64,000 bases of DNA from an uncultured Halobacteriales archaeon (GTDB taxonomy: Archaea; Halobacteriota; Halobacteria; Halobacteriales; SKSH01). Below the pieces are notes generated by a model. That model had not been told where the DNA came from, made no database searches, and saw only the letters and a program-made list of their open reading frames with translations. The position numbers and the translations under genes were made by a program. Shown here piece by piece: positions 50,320-59,722 of the stretch (positions are counted from its first letter, which is position 1; the number at the start of each line of letters is the position of its first letter). The stretch lies in NCBI GenBank assembly GCA_964579125.1, contig CAZOFG010000006.1, positions 15,857 through 79,856 of the forward strand, written 5' to 3'.

Positions 50320-50535
50320 TTGGTCGCCGAAAGTTGACTCGATATGGACGGCCGGACGTTCCCCACGGTGAAGGATTCATGCCGTGCTCCCCCGAGGACA
50401 GCTGTCTGGGCGCCGGTCCGATTGGATTCGAGTGCCTGGATGGGTGAGTAAAATGTCTGGGACGTCGCAACTCGCAACAGTTCGTGGGTGGCGTTCTCGT
50501 GATCGACACGGAGTCTTTTCCGAGGTGCTCGCGTA

Positions 50536-51042
50536 GTGCGCGTTGCTGTTACGGGGACCCCAGGCACCGGCAAAACGACGGTTACCAATCTGGTAGATAC
50601 CGAACTGGACGTCATCCACGTGAATGATCGACTCGCAGAATGGGCCTCGATCGCCGAGTACGATCCGGTCCGGGATAGTGATGTCATTGACCTCGACGCT
50701 CTTCGGGCAGAGACCGATTCGTACGAGGACGTCCTCTTCGAGTCCCACCTCGCTCACTATCTCGCTGTGGATCTCGTTGTCGTCCTGCGGTGTGATCCAC
50801 GCGAGCTCAGTGATCGGTTGCAACAGCGGGGAATGTCCGCACGATCGATCGATGAGAATACGGAAAGTGAGGCATTGGATGTGATCCTTACGGAGGCTGT
50901 TGAGCGTCATGGACGAGACGCCGTCCACGAAATCGATACCACGGATCGAACGCCGTCCTCAGTGGCTGAGGACCTATCAGCGATCCTCGCGGAGGACCGA
51001 TCCCCTGGCGTCGGTCACGTCGATTTCACGGGGTATCTATGA
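50536..51042 (+). CDS. adkA: Adenylate kinase 6/Fap7-type NMP kinase
   Basis: VTGTPGTGKTT, ESHLAH, VVLRCDP and ENTESE. Confidence 0.9.
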   Translation: MRVAVTGTPGTGKTTVTNLVDTELDVIHVNDRLAEWASIAEYDPVRDSDVIDLDALRAETDSYEDVLFESHLAHYLAVDLVVVLRCDPRELSDRLQQRGMSARSIDENTESEALDVILTEAVERHGRDAVHEIDTTDRTPSSVAEDLSAILAEDRSPGVGHVDFTGYL

Positions 51043-51647
51043 CGGTCGAACGCCTACGACCAATCGCCGAGGGGATCCTTGATCCACTCGTTAGTGTCTG
51101 TCGTCGCCTGGGACTTGGCCCGAATCTAATCAGCGTGCTCGGCTTCGTCGTAGCCCTCGGTGCTGGAGGCGCGTTTGCGATGGCGGCGTCGACGTCGAGA
51201 TGGTACCTGGTTGGCGCCCTCTTCGTCGCCTTAAGCGGCTTTCTCGACGTCCTTGATGGCCAACTCGCCCGTGAACTTGAGGCGACTTCGAGTGCTGGTG
51301 ACGTCCTTGATCACACGCTCGACCGGTACGCAGATATCGTCCTCGTCGGGGGGATCGCTGCAGGTTTATCGGCGTATCTCCTCGGGTTTCTGGCCATTAC
51401 AGGTGTCTTGCTGACTTCCTATCTTGGAACACAAGCACAGGCCGCCGGCTATGGCCGCATGTATGCGGGGTTGCTAGGTCGCGCCGATCGGCTTGTGCTG
51501 ATCGCGTTTGGCGCCGGTATCATGACTATCACACAGACGACAGTGGGATCATTCACGCCCATCGAGTGGGTTCTGGTGATTCTCGCCCTAGTTGGGCATC
51601 TCACCGCTATCCAGCGGTTTTATCTTCTTTGGCGTGACCTCAGATAG
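51039..51647 (+). CDS. CDP-alcohol phosphatidyltransferase (archaeal phospholipid head-group synthase)
   Basis: DVLDGQLAR...SSAGDVLDHTLDRYAD signature. Confidence 0.92.
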   Translation: MTVERLRPIAEGILDPLVSVCRRLGLGPNLISVLGFVVALGAGGAFAMAASTSRWYLVGALFVALSGFLDVLDGQLARELEATSSAGDVLDHTLDRYADIVLVGGIAAGLSAYLLGFLAITGVLLTSYLGTQAQAAGYGRMYAGLLGRADRLVLIAFGAGIMTITQTTVGSFTPIEWVLVILALVGHLTAIQRFYLLWRDLR

Positions 51648-51685
51648 GGACATCCTTTATGCGCATGTAGCCGCTACGCAGTCGC

Positions 51686-52219
51686 ATGGTCCAGTGCGAG
51701 TTGTGTGGCTCGGAGACGACCGCTCCGCGATCAATCAAGATCGAAGGCGCTGAACTGGACGTTTGTGAAAGCTGTGCGAATCTCGGTAGCGAGGTGTCCG
51801 GATCGGACAGCGGGGGGAGCGACACGAAGTACTCGACCTCGGACAGTTCCGCTTCCAATACGAGCACCTCGAGCCAGACCAGTACCTCGTCGGGGACGTC
51901 CTCTTCACGACGTGGCGGGGATGAGGATCTGTTCGAATCCTTGGGCGACCTTGCCCAGGATTACGACGATCGCATCCGGCGTGCACGTGAGAATCGCGGG
52001 CTCAGCCAGGCCGAATTAGCGGATGAACTCAACGAAAAGCGAAGTTTGATCGCCCGTTTGGAACGTGGTGAGACGTTACCTAGTGATGCGGTCCAATCGA
52101 AATTAGAGCGATTTCTTGATATCGATCTTGAAGGGGGTTCAGCGGACGCGAGCGAGTGGCAATCGGACAGTGACGCAACCGACCTTACCCTGGGAGAGAT
52201 GGCCGAGCGGAAGGACTGA
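51686..52219 (+). CDS. mbf1: Archaeal multiprotein bridging factor 1
   Basis: CELCG...CESC Zn ribbon, low-complexity Ser/Thr linker and HTH (LSQAELA...IARLERG). Confidence 0.93.
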   Translation: MVQCELCGSETTAPRSIKIEGAELDVCESCANLGSEVSGSDSGGSDTKYSTSDSSASNTSTSSQTSTSSGTSSSRRGGDEDLFESLGDLAQDYDDRIRRARENRGLSQAELADELNEKRSLIARLERGETLPSDAVQSKLERFLDIDLEGGSADASEWQSDSDATDLTLGEMAERKD

Positions 52220-52272
52220 GCGGTGGTGTTGATGTCGGAACGGTTTTCCTCGCCCCTCGGTGACTGATTGAT

Positions 52273-52920
52273 ATGTTCGTCCTGGTGAATCTGAAGGCCT
52301 ATGCCTGCGACCCGATCGCCGTGGCCGAGGCCGCCGCAGGGATGGATCCCGACCGGGACATCTCCATTGCTGTGGCCCCACAGGTGGCCGATCTTTCTGG
52401 AGTGGCCGAAACGGGGGTCACTGCGTGGGTCCAACACACCAGTCCTGCCGGTCATGGCAGTCATACCGGCTCGATGCTCGCGGTAGCCGCGGCCAGAAAC
52501 GGAGCGACGGGGACGCTTCTCAACCATTCCGAACGACCAATGCGCCTCTCTGCACTCGAGGATGCGATCGATCGGGCGAAGGCCGCCGGATTACGGACGT
52601 GTGTCTGTGCAAGCACCCCCGAACAGATCGGGGCTGTCGCGCATCTCGAACCTGACGCTGTCGCCATCGAACCGCCTGAGCTCATCGGGACGGGGACACC
52701 AGTAAGCCAGGCGAATCCTGATATCGTGCTGAATGCGATCGACGCGGCGAAAACCGTCGAACCAGGGATCGATGTCTACTGTGGTGCTGGCATCTCGACG
52801 AGTGCTGATATCGCTGCTGCAGCCGATCTCGGAAGCGATGGCGTGTTGCTGGCGAGTGCGGTCGCCACTGCCGACGATCCGGCCGCTGCGCTTGCGGATC
52901 TCCTGTCAGGACTCGAGTGA
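52273..52920 (+). CDS. tpiA: Triosephosphate isomerase (archaeal type)
   Basis: [29 protein letters not shown] and GVLLAS. Confidence 0.95.
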   Translation: MFVLVNLKAYACDPIAVAEAAAGMDPDRDISIAVAPQVADLSGVAETGVTAWVQHTSPAGHGSHTGSMLAVAAARNGATGTLLNHSERPMRLSALEDAIDRAKAAGLRTCVCASTPEQIGAVAHLEPDAVAIEPPELIGTGTPVSQANPDIVLNAIDAAKTVEPGIDVYCGAGISTSADIAAAADLGSDGVLLASAVATADDPAAALADLLSGLE

Positions 52921-54189
52921 GTGCGACCGGAGTGTACGATCCGTCGCACCCAGATAACATCCAATTAGGATGAGCACGGCGCCCACGAGTGCGATCGAGG
53001 CAAATCCGAGGAGTGCGCGCAATGTGGGCTCAAACGCAGCAAATACTCCCTCACTGCCCAGAAGCGTGGTTACCGCTTCCCGGACATGGACCGGCTGCAG
53101 TGGGATGCTCATCACGCCGAGGCCAATGGCGAGCACGAGGCGAGTGCGTGATTGGGGGAGCGAATACAGCAAGACGACGAGGGGGAAGTACAGATACAGT
53201 AGGTGGTTCAAATTCGTGGACGGTGAGGCGATGAGAATTGCCGTAATCGTCGCCAAAAATGCGAAATGTCGGTCGATGCGCGTTTCAAGTCGCCGGTAGG
53301 TCGCGAAAAGGAGGGGGAGCACAAGGGCAATAGCGGCGACCAGAAAGACGATTGGCGGGGCGAACGAGAGCAATTCAGACAACGGTCGGATCAACGTCAC
53401 CGCGAAGAAATCGGGGCTAACTCCCTCGGCGAAAGCCTCGAGCCGACTTCGCTCACCAGTCAAGAACGTGATATATTCGAGGTGGGTTTCGATCCCGAAA
53501 CTGGCCACACTGGCGATGGCGATTGCGAGCCCACCCGCGATACTCGCGAGGACGGCCCGCCAGGCCCGGCGACGAAGAAAGTACACTCCAAAGGCGGCCG
53601 GAAAGACTTTCAGCCCGGCTGCAATGGCCAGTAACCCCCCGGCAATCCGTCCATCAGCCTCTTCGAGTGCGATGAAGGTACCGGCCAGCAACACCGCGAC
53701 CAATGCGTCGAGTTGGCCCTGGCCAATCGTCACCATCGGATAGAGGCTCACGAGGGCGAAGAGGGTGATGAGAACCGAATCACGCCTATCGAGTGTGATA
53801 CCCAGCCGGGAGAGCTCGAAGAGCATCAACCGACCCAAAAGCCCGAGCAGAACCACGTTGAGGATCCCGTGGAGAATAAACGAGAGCGACCAGTCACCGA
53901 TGAGTGCATACGGGATGAACAGTACCACGACGATCGGGGGATACACGTACTGACCGTCACCAGTGGGGGGCGACACCCCGATGAATTCCTCTCCCGCGAG
54001 CACGTTCTCCGCTGCCTGAAGATATGCCATGAAATCCCACCCAATCGGATTCTCCGCAGCAATCGTGAAGAAGAAAATCGGCATCGCGAGTCCGGTGACG
54101 ATTCCTACCGTCAGGACCAGACGGATCCCACGACGATCCTGCTGAGCCGACGCATCCTCCGATGTCACGGGCGAGTTGGCTCGCCTCAA
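52906..54189 (-). CDS. GT87/DUF2029-family integral-membrane (GT-C) glycosyltransferase
   Basis: WDFMAY, QYVYPP, GQLD and LKVFP motifs; about 10 TMs. Confidence 0.8.
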   Translation of the reverse strand: MRRANSPVTSEDASAQQDRRGIRLVLTVGIVTGLAMPIFFFTIAAENPIGWDFMAYLQAAENVLAGEEFIGVSPPTGDGQYVYPPIVVVLFIPYALIGDWSLSFILHGILNVVLLGLLGRLMLFELSRLGITLDRRDSVLITLFALVSLYPMVTIGQGQLDALVAVLLAGTFIALEEADGRIAGGLLAIAAGLKVFPAAFGVYFLRRRAWRAVLASIAGGLAIAIASVASFGIETHLEYITFLTGERSRLEAFAEGVSPDFFAVTLIRPLSELLSFAPPIVFLVAAIALVLPLLFATYRRLETRIDRHFAFLATITAILIASPSTNLNHLLYLYFPLVVLLYSLPQSRTRLVLAIGLGVMSIPLQPVHVREAVTTLLGSEGVFAAFEPTLRALLGFASIALVGAVLILIGCYLGATDRTLRSHSLES

Positions 54190-54231
54190 TTCAAAAGCCG
54201 TTACGATCCCGGTACTAGTTGGTCGGATGGA

Positions 54232-55431
54232 TTAGGTACGAACGACTACGATCGTGGCGACGCCGGCCGCGATTCCCGCGATTGCTGCGAGAATGACGAA
54301 CAGCGCTCCAACATCGGCGATCGACAGTGCGAAGCCGGCGATCGTGCTGCCGAGTGCCCCGATCCCGAAGACACCGAAATAGGTGTACCCGTATGAAAGG
54401 CCTCTCGCGTCTCTGGCCGAATGATCGGCGACTGCGGCCTGATACAACGGTTGCATCATGAAGAGGAATACGCCGACGAGCAATCCGACTAGCAGGAAGA
54501 CGTAGAGATTAGCATCCGAGACCGGCACGAAGAGGAGCGCGAGCATGGCCAACACGAGAAAGCCACCCGCCAGCCCGCGTTCTGGACGCACTCTGTCGCT
54601 CAATTGGCCCCCGATGTATTGTCCAACCATCCCGATCATGAGGATTGCGACGTAGAAATATTCGCCCGGTGGCAGCTCATAGGTACCAAACGAGATCGGA
54701 TTGAACCCCTCGAACTCACCGAGGATCTCGGGGAGGAAAGTCAGGATCCCTCGATAATACAATCCGGACAGGATCACGATACCAAAGACGCCGATGAATG
54801 CGCCGGTAAACAGCACCCGTGAATCGGTCAGCACTGTTCGGAGATTCGTTGTCGAGCCAGCTGCGTCAGTCGATTGACGGTCATCGCGAATCGACAGCGT
54901 GTGGGCATAGACGGCCCCGACGATAGCTGGAATCGACAAGATACCGACCGCAATTCGCCAATCCACCACCACGAGCAAGAGCGCGGTGAGCAACGGTCCG
55001 GCCGCGATTCCGAAGTTTCCCGCCATCCCGTGATACGCGAAAACATTGCCGCGTTCGGTTGCAGCAGTACTGATCAAGGTGAGGCCGGATGGATGATAGA
55101 CGGAGGCGGAAACCCCCCATAACAATAGTGCGATACTTAGCGTAATGACCCCGGTTGTGAACCCTAAGAGCAGGTACGACGCAGCCATGCCGGCCAAACA
55201 CCAGCCAATCATGCGCTTTGCCCCGAGTTTATCGACGAGGATGCCTGCTGGTAACGCGCCGAGGCCGAAGAGTCCGTAACCGATGGTGAGGACAAGGCCG
55301 ATCGTCGCCCGGCCGATTCCGAATTCGGCGATCCAGGCACTAATCAAAATGGGAAAGGAGAGTTCGTAGGTGTGAACTAACGCGTGACCAGTGGCGACGA
55401 GTGAGACGAGCGGCCGGTCACGTTCGTGCAC
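54232..55431 (-). CDS. MFS transporter
   Basis: About 12 TM, GILVDKLGAKR motif A, SVYHPSG and GQLSDRV. Confidence 0.9.
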   Translation of the reverse strand: MHERDRPLVSLVATGHALVHTYELSFPILISAWIAEFGIGRATIGLVLTIGYGLFGLGALPAGILVDKLGAKRMIGWCLAGMAASYLLLGFTTGVITLSIALLLWGVSASVYHPSGLTLISTAATERGNVFAYHGMAGNFGIAAGPLLTALLLVVVDWRIAVGILSIPAIVGAVYAHTLSIRDDRQSTDAAGSTTNLRTVLTDSRVLFTGAFIGVFGIVILSGLYYRGILTFLPEILGEFEGFNPISFGTYELPPGEYFYVAILMIGMVGQYIGGQLSDRVRPERGLAGGFLVLAMLALLFVPVSDANLYVFLLVGLLVGVFLFMMQPLYQAAVADHSARDARGLSYGYTYFGVFGIGALGSTIAGFALSIADVGALFVILAAIAGIAAGVATIVVVRT

Positions 55432-55500
55432 GCTACCGACGGCTTTGTCCCGGTGCGTTAGATACCTAGCGATTATCTTGAGATTAATTTCACTTACTTT

Positions 55501-55686
55501 CGATCATGTCAAATATTGGATTCTAATGAGAAAATGGCACGGTGGAAAATACATTGATAACTTATTCATATTATTCTAATACCTTCTATATTCTGTTCTT
55601 ATCGTTCATATATCTATCACATATTGAATTCTACCCTATTATTGGGGAAATAGTTAAGTAATATACCTCCGAATTACCTAATAGAG
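55501..55686. promoter_or_regulatory. AT-rich divergent promoter region (29% GC over 55501-55680 by hand count)
   Basis: 53 G+C in 180 nt; multiple TATA-like tracts; lies between divergent MFS and small-protein genes. Confidence 0.6.
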
Positions 55687-55911
55687 ATGATTTCCTACTA
55701 TGACCTCATCTTGGGCTTGATTCCCGCTGTACTGATCGGGTTTACCGGACTACTCAGTGTCATTGGGTTTGCGGTGACAGTTGCCTTACCAATTGCATCG
55801 GCGATCGCTGTTGGTTTGGTTGGTCATGCCATTTTCGTCAACGGTCCGACATCAACGTCGTCGAACCCGAACCCAGCTGAAGTCACTGACCAACAAACTG
55901 AGATTCAGTAA
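55687..55911 (+). CDS. 74-aa 2-TM conserved haloarchaeal small membrane protein
   Basis: YYDLILGLIP...VGHAIFVNGP pattern of a widespread haloarchaeal small-protein family. Confidence 0.8.
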   Translation: MISYYDLILGLIPAVLIGFTGLLSVIGFAVTVALPIASAIAVGLVGHAIFVNGPTSTSSNPNPAEVTDQQTEIQ

Positions 55912-55965
55912 GTCGTCTTCTCGGGTTGGCGTTCTATATATGGCTGCCGGCTCTTGAAGCGGCAC

Positions 55966-56967
55966 ATGGACGGACCGGTGTTTCTCTCAAGTGAGGAGGT
56001 TCGAGGCCTTGCTACCCCCGCGGCATTCGTCACCGCAGTGCGGTCGGGATACGAACAACGTGGCCGGGGCGCACCGGCGAATACTCGCTGGAGACTCACG
56101 CGAACCGACCCTGGCGGGATGGTGACGGGCTACGCAGCGATTTTGCCTGAGACGGGTGTCATGGGCGGGTATTTTTACGTTGCAGGCTTTGCATCGGGGA
56201 CGAGTTGGTTCGCGACCCCGTTGTTCGATGCCGATTCGGGACAGCCCCTCGCGATCATCGATGGAGCGTGGATGAATCCCTTCAAAACCGGTGCAACTGG
56301 AGCCGTCGCTGCTGATGCGCTTGCCCGGACTGATGCGTCGTCGATTGGGCTAATCGGCTCCGGACCACAAGCGGCCGGCCAACTTCAAACGACTGTCACG
56401 GTACGGGATATCGAGTCCGTCTCGGTGTATTCGCCGACCACAGAACACAGACGAACATTTGCGGCTGAATTCGACGACAAGCTATCCGCGAACGTCGAAG
56501 CCGTTGGGTCGGCCAAAGCGGCCGTAAACGGGGCCGATATTGTCATCACGGCGACGACGAGTGAAACGCCCGTCTTTGACGGGGCAGCCCTCAGTCCGGG
56601 GACTCACGTGACTGCAATGGGTCAGTATCATCCCAAACGTCGTGAGATCGATGCCGAAACGGTGGCGAAAAGCCGATATGTCATCGACCTCACAGAGCGC
56701 CTCGAACAGGACGCGGGGGCCTATCAATTGGCGAAGGCCGAGGGTGCTATCGAAGCTGGTCACGTGCATGGCGAACTTGGTGATGTACTCGTCGGATCCA
56801 TCCCGGGGCGAACGGATCCACACCAAATTACCGTTTTCGACAGCGGCGGGACCGGCATCGAAACCGTGGCTGGCGCTCAGTTACTGTATCGGCAGGCTCG
56901 TGAATCCGATCTTGGCACCGAACTTGCGTGGGGACGCGGTGACGAGTGGTTAACCGGCCGGCTCTAG
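55966..56967 (+). CDS. Ornithine cyclodeaminase/mu-crystallin family protein (alanine dehydrogenase-like)
   Basis: KTGATGA, GLIGSGPQA, TATT, GTHVTAMG and FDSGGTG; TATATAT about 28 nt upstream. Confidence 0.88.
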   Translation: MDGPVFLSSEEVRGLATPAAFVTAVRSGYEQRGRGAPANTRWRLTRTDPGGMVTGYAAILPETGVMGGYFYVAGFASGTSWFATPLFDADSGQPLAIIDGAWMNPFKTGATGAVAADALARTDASSIGLIGSGPQAAGQLQTTVTVRDIESVSVYSPTTEHRRTFAAEFDDKLSANVEAVGSAKAAVNGADIVITATTSETPVFDGAALSPGTHVTAMGQYHPKRREIDAETVAKSRYVIDLTERLEQDAGAYQLAKAEGAIEAGHVHGELGDVLVGSIPGRTDPHQITVFDSGGTGIETVAGAQLLYRQARESDLGTELAWGRGDEWLTGRL

Positions 56968-57944
56968 AGACCAATGGCGACCAATGGATCGACACCGACA
57001 GCCACCGCCGTGAGGAGATACCCGCCAAGGACTCCACCATTCAACATGGGTAATCCCGCGTGCGCGGATCCTTTGAGGACGAGTGTGAGAAGGCCGCAAA
57101 GACCGAGCACTGATCCAACGATTGCCCCCGCAACTGGCCAGGTGAATTCAAGCCCGCCCACTGATCCAAGGACGGGGCCAACACCCGTTGCGGCGACACT
57201 CACGACGAGGATTGATGGGATCACGACATCGCCAAGCCCGAGAAACACGGCCTCCATCTCGTGTTCTTCGACATCGGTTTGATCCTCGGAATCGTCTGGA
57301 TTTGTCTCTGTTTCGTCGGCGTGCGCGACCATTTCGTCGGTGGAGAACCCGCGTGATAACGGGATCACGAGTAATACCGGGAGGCGCATCGACATTGCCC
57401 CCTCGGCTAATGTCAACATGTGTTTCGTGCCGTACACGCTGATTGCGTCATACACCGCGAGGACGACGAGGAGAAGGATGATGGGCAGGAGAGAGAAGCT
57501 AATACCGAACAGGGCCGTCGCACCGGCGCCGATTATGATACCGACTGCATCGAGCACGTACCACTCGGGGTGAGTAAGTAATGCGACCACGACGAGTCCG
57601 GCCGAGAGGGGCGGTAAAGGCGAAATCGACACGTCACTGATTGAAACAGCCAATGCTGAAGGGACCAACGCGGCGACGACGTACCAGGTGAGTAAGCCAC
57701 CGACCGCGATGATCCCGTACTGTATGAACGCCTCCCGATCGTATCGAAACGCCACCAACATCACGATCGTCGCGACGATGATGGCGCCGAACATCATCGC
57801 GATGTACGCAGGATTCCCCGGATCATCAACCGCCTCGTACCCCGCGGCCTCAAAGGGGTTGATAAGCGCCAACCCAGCCAGTTGCACGGCGAGCAACAAC
57901 CCAACCGCCCCAGCGATTCCGATGCCAAGTCGTCGCTCAATCAT
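56964..57944 (-). CDS. Presenilin-family intramembrane aspartyl protease (PSH)
   Basis: LAVYDAISV (YD), FLGLGDVVIP (GxGD) and HAGLP (PAL-equivalent). Confidence 0.92.
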   Translation of the reverse strand: MIERRLGIGIAGAVGLLLAVQLAGLALINPFEAAGYEAVDDPGNPAYIAMMFGAIIVATIVMLVAFRYDREAFIQYGIIAVGGLLTWYVVAALVPSALAVSISDVSISPLPPLSAGLVVVALLTHPEWYVLDAVGIIIGAGATALFGISFSLLPIILLLVVLAVYDAISVYGTKHMLTLAEGAMSMRLPVLLVIPLSRGFSTDEMVAHADETETNPDDSEDQTDVEEHEMEAVFLGLGDVVIPSILVVSVAATGVGPVLGSVGGLEFTWPVAGAIVGSVLGLCGLLTLVLKGSAHAGLPMLNGGVLGGYLLTAVAVGVDPLVAIGL

Positions 57945-57970
57945 GCATAGCTGGAAGCAAGCCACCCCTA

Positions 57971-58216
57971 TCAGTGACCCGCCTCGTCCCGAGCATAGAG
58001 TCGACTGTCGAGGTGATCAGTCAGTTCGACCGCGGGATCGGAGACGACCACGGCCCATGGCTCCGCAACCGGGCCGATAATATCGACAATGGCGCCGATC
58101 TCGTTGAGGGTCTCATCGATGGCAACCGTTCCGATTGCGGGAGGCTGTTCTGGGTTCGCTAGGGTTACTAGGCCACGATCATTGCCGATTCGAGTCAGCG
58201 TCCCAAGCCGTCTCAT
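57971..58216 (-). CDS. gar1: H/ACA RNP protein Gar1
   Basis: MRRLG...[15 protein letters not shown]; adjacent to srp19. Confidence 0.85.
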   Translation of the reverse strand: MRRLGTLTRIGNDRGLVTLANPEQPPAIGTVAIDETLNEIGAIVDIIGPVAEPWAVVVSDPAVELTDHLDSRLYARDEAGH

Positions 58217-58497
58217 TCCTCGCGAATGACCTGTAAGTAGGCGGCAACCGCCTGAACGATGTCGTTTTTCGCATCGTCATCCGCGCCCTCAACGACGACT
58301 CGTCCAGTGTCACGCCACGGCTCGCGTGGATACGCCACATCACGCTCGATGCGAGCATCGTATCCTACTTGTTGGACAGCCTTCGCAATCTCTTCGACGG
58401 TCGGGTCAGGGATGGCGAGATCGCGTGCGACGCGGCGTCCGTCTGCTCGGCTGGAATCGGCATCGAAATACGTTGGCCAGAGGATATTATCCGGCAT
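58213..58497 (-). CDS. srp19: Signal recognition particle protein SRP19
   Basis: [19 protein letters not shown] and YPREPW...KNDIVQAVA. Confidence 0.95.
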   Translation of the reverse strand: MPDNILWPTYFDADSSRADGRRVARDLAIPDPTVEEIAKAVQQVGYDARIERDVAYPREPWRDTGRVVVEGADDDAKNDIVQAVAAYLQVIREE

Positions 58498-58550
58498 AAG
58501 CCACTGTCGTGGTTGAGACGGTACGCGGGACCGACCAATAAGTGGGGTGA

Positions 58551-59657
58551 TTACCGTCGCCGTCGCAGAAGCCCAGCCGAGACCGCGATGGCCGCGAGTG
58601 CTCCGAATACCGTTAACCCCGGAATCGCATCATTACCGTCCGATCCAGTCGGGGTAGGACTCGCGGTTGGAGACGGCGTTGGATCCGATGGTGTCTGAGT
58701 CGGTGTCACGGTAGTCGTCGGTGTCGGTGTTGGTGTGGAGAGACTCCCATAAACGGCTTCGTGAATCGATTGGATCGCATCAACGATCATTGGTGCCGGT
58801 TGACTGATGGCATTTGCATCGACCTGGATCACGTTTCCCTCCTCCCAGGCCGTCGTCTGTTCAAGCGCCTCACTGATCGGTGGTTCGGGGTAGTCGTCAG
58901 TATAGACGAACCACTCGGGATCCTCGTCGAGAATGACCTCTTCGTTCACCTGCCCCCACTGTCCAACGCCTGCCTCAGCCCCAAGATTCTCCAATCCGGC
59001 GGTTTCCAGGGCGATGTGTTGGAAGGTTCCCTCCCCGAATGTGAAGCCATCCCCCATCGCGAAGAACGCGAGTGGCCGATCGTCCGGTGATGGTGCGGCT
59101 TCTTCGATCCGCTGGATTCGGTCAGCCATCGATGCAACCGTTTCACTCGCCGATTCACATTCGCCGAGCAGATGGCCGTACCGTTCGGTTTTGTTCATCA
59201 CATCCTCCAGATCAGTCGCGACGGGCGCGTGATACACCGGCACGTCGAGGCGGCGCAGATCTTCGATTTCTCCGGGCATCGTCACGTTGGGCGCGAGCAC
59301 GAGGTCTGGCTCCAAATCGACCACCGTTTCGATATCGATCGAGAGCGGATCGGCCGAGACGTTGGTCCGCTCCCCCGCGCCCGGCAGGAAGCCCGCGTGC
59401 ATCGAGACGCCAACGACTTTGTCTGAAGCATTCATTGCCCATACTGTCTGGGCAGCGCTTGGGGCTAGGGTAACAACCTCAGTCGGTTCCTCCGTAAGTG
59501 TCACCTCGGTCCCTGTCGCGTCCGTGAGCGTCACGGGAAACCCACAGCTCGCATCGTTGTGGCCACCTGTGACGACACCCGGAACGACGCCCGTTACAAG
59601 GAGGGCTCCGAGGACCATGACCGCGAGGATTCCACCGCGTATCTGAGCAGATCGCAT
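58551..59657 (-). CDS. btuF: Cobalamin/Fe-siderophore ABC substrate-binding protein with Thr/Pro linker and PGF-CTERM-like anchor
   Basis: [25 protein letters not shown]-rich linker and IPGL-TM-RRRR tail; divergent from btuCD. Confidence 0.85.
   Translation of the reverse strand: MRSAQIRGGILAVMVLGALLVTGVVPGVVTGGHNDASCGFPVTLTDATGTEVTLTEEPTEVVTLAPSAAQTVWAMNASDKVVGVSMHAGFLPGAGERTNVSADPLSIDIETVVDLEPDLVLAPNVTMPGEIEDLRRLDVPVYHAPVATDLEDVMNKTERYGHLLGECESASETVASMADRIQRIEEAAPSPDDRPLAFFAMGDGFTFGEGTFQHIALETAGLENLGAEAGVGQWGQVNEEVILDEDPEWFVYTDDYPEPPISEALEQTTAWEEGNVIQVDANAISQPAPMIVDAIQSIHEAVYGSLSTPTPTPTTTVTPTQTPSDPTPSPTASPTPTGSDGNDAIPGLTVFGALAAIAVSAGLLRRRR
58630..58745 (-). repeat. Low-complexity Thr/Pro-coding repeat (linker of the substrate-binding protein)
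   Basis: [32 protein letters not shown]; ACACCA/ACACCG hexamer runs. Confidence 0.7.
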
Positions 59658-59682
59658 CGCGTCATAGGTCGACACTAACCCA

Positions 59683-59694
59683 ATAAATATTTAT
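59683..59694. promoter_or_regulatory. Perfect 12-bp palindrome ATAAATATTTAT in the btuF/btuC divergent spacer
   Basis: Self-complementary; about 26 nt from ATG 59657 and 29 nt from ATG 59723. Confidence 0.5.
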
Positions 59695-59722
59695 CTACTA
59701 CAAGTTTACTTGATTTCAGTCG

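Noticed and set aside
55501-55686. Replication origin interpretation of the AT-rich spacer
   Set aside because: No ORB/G-string match found and no orc1/cdc6 gene adjacent.
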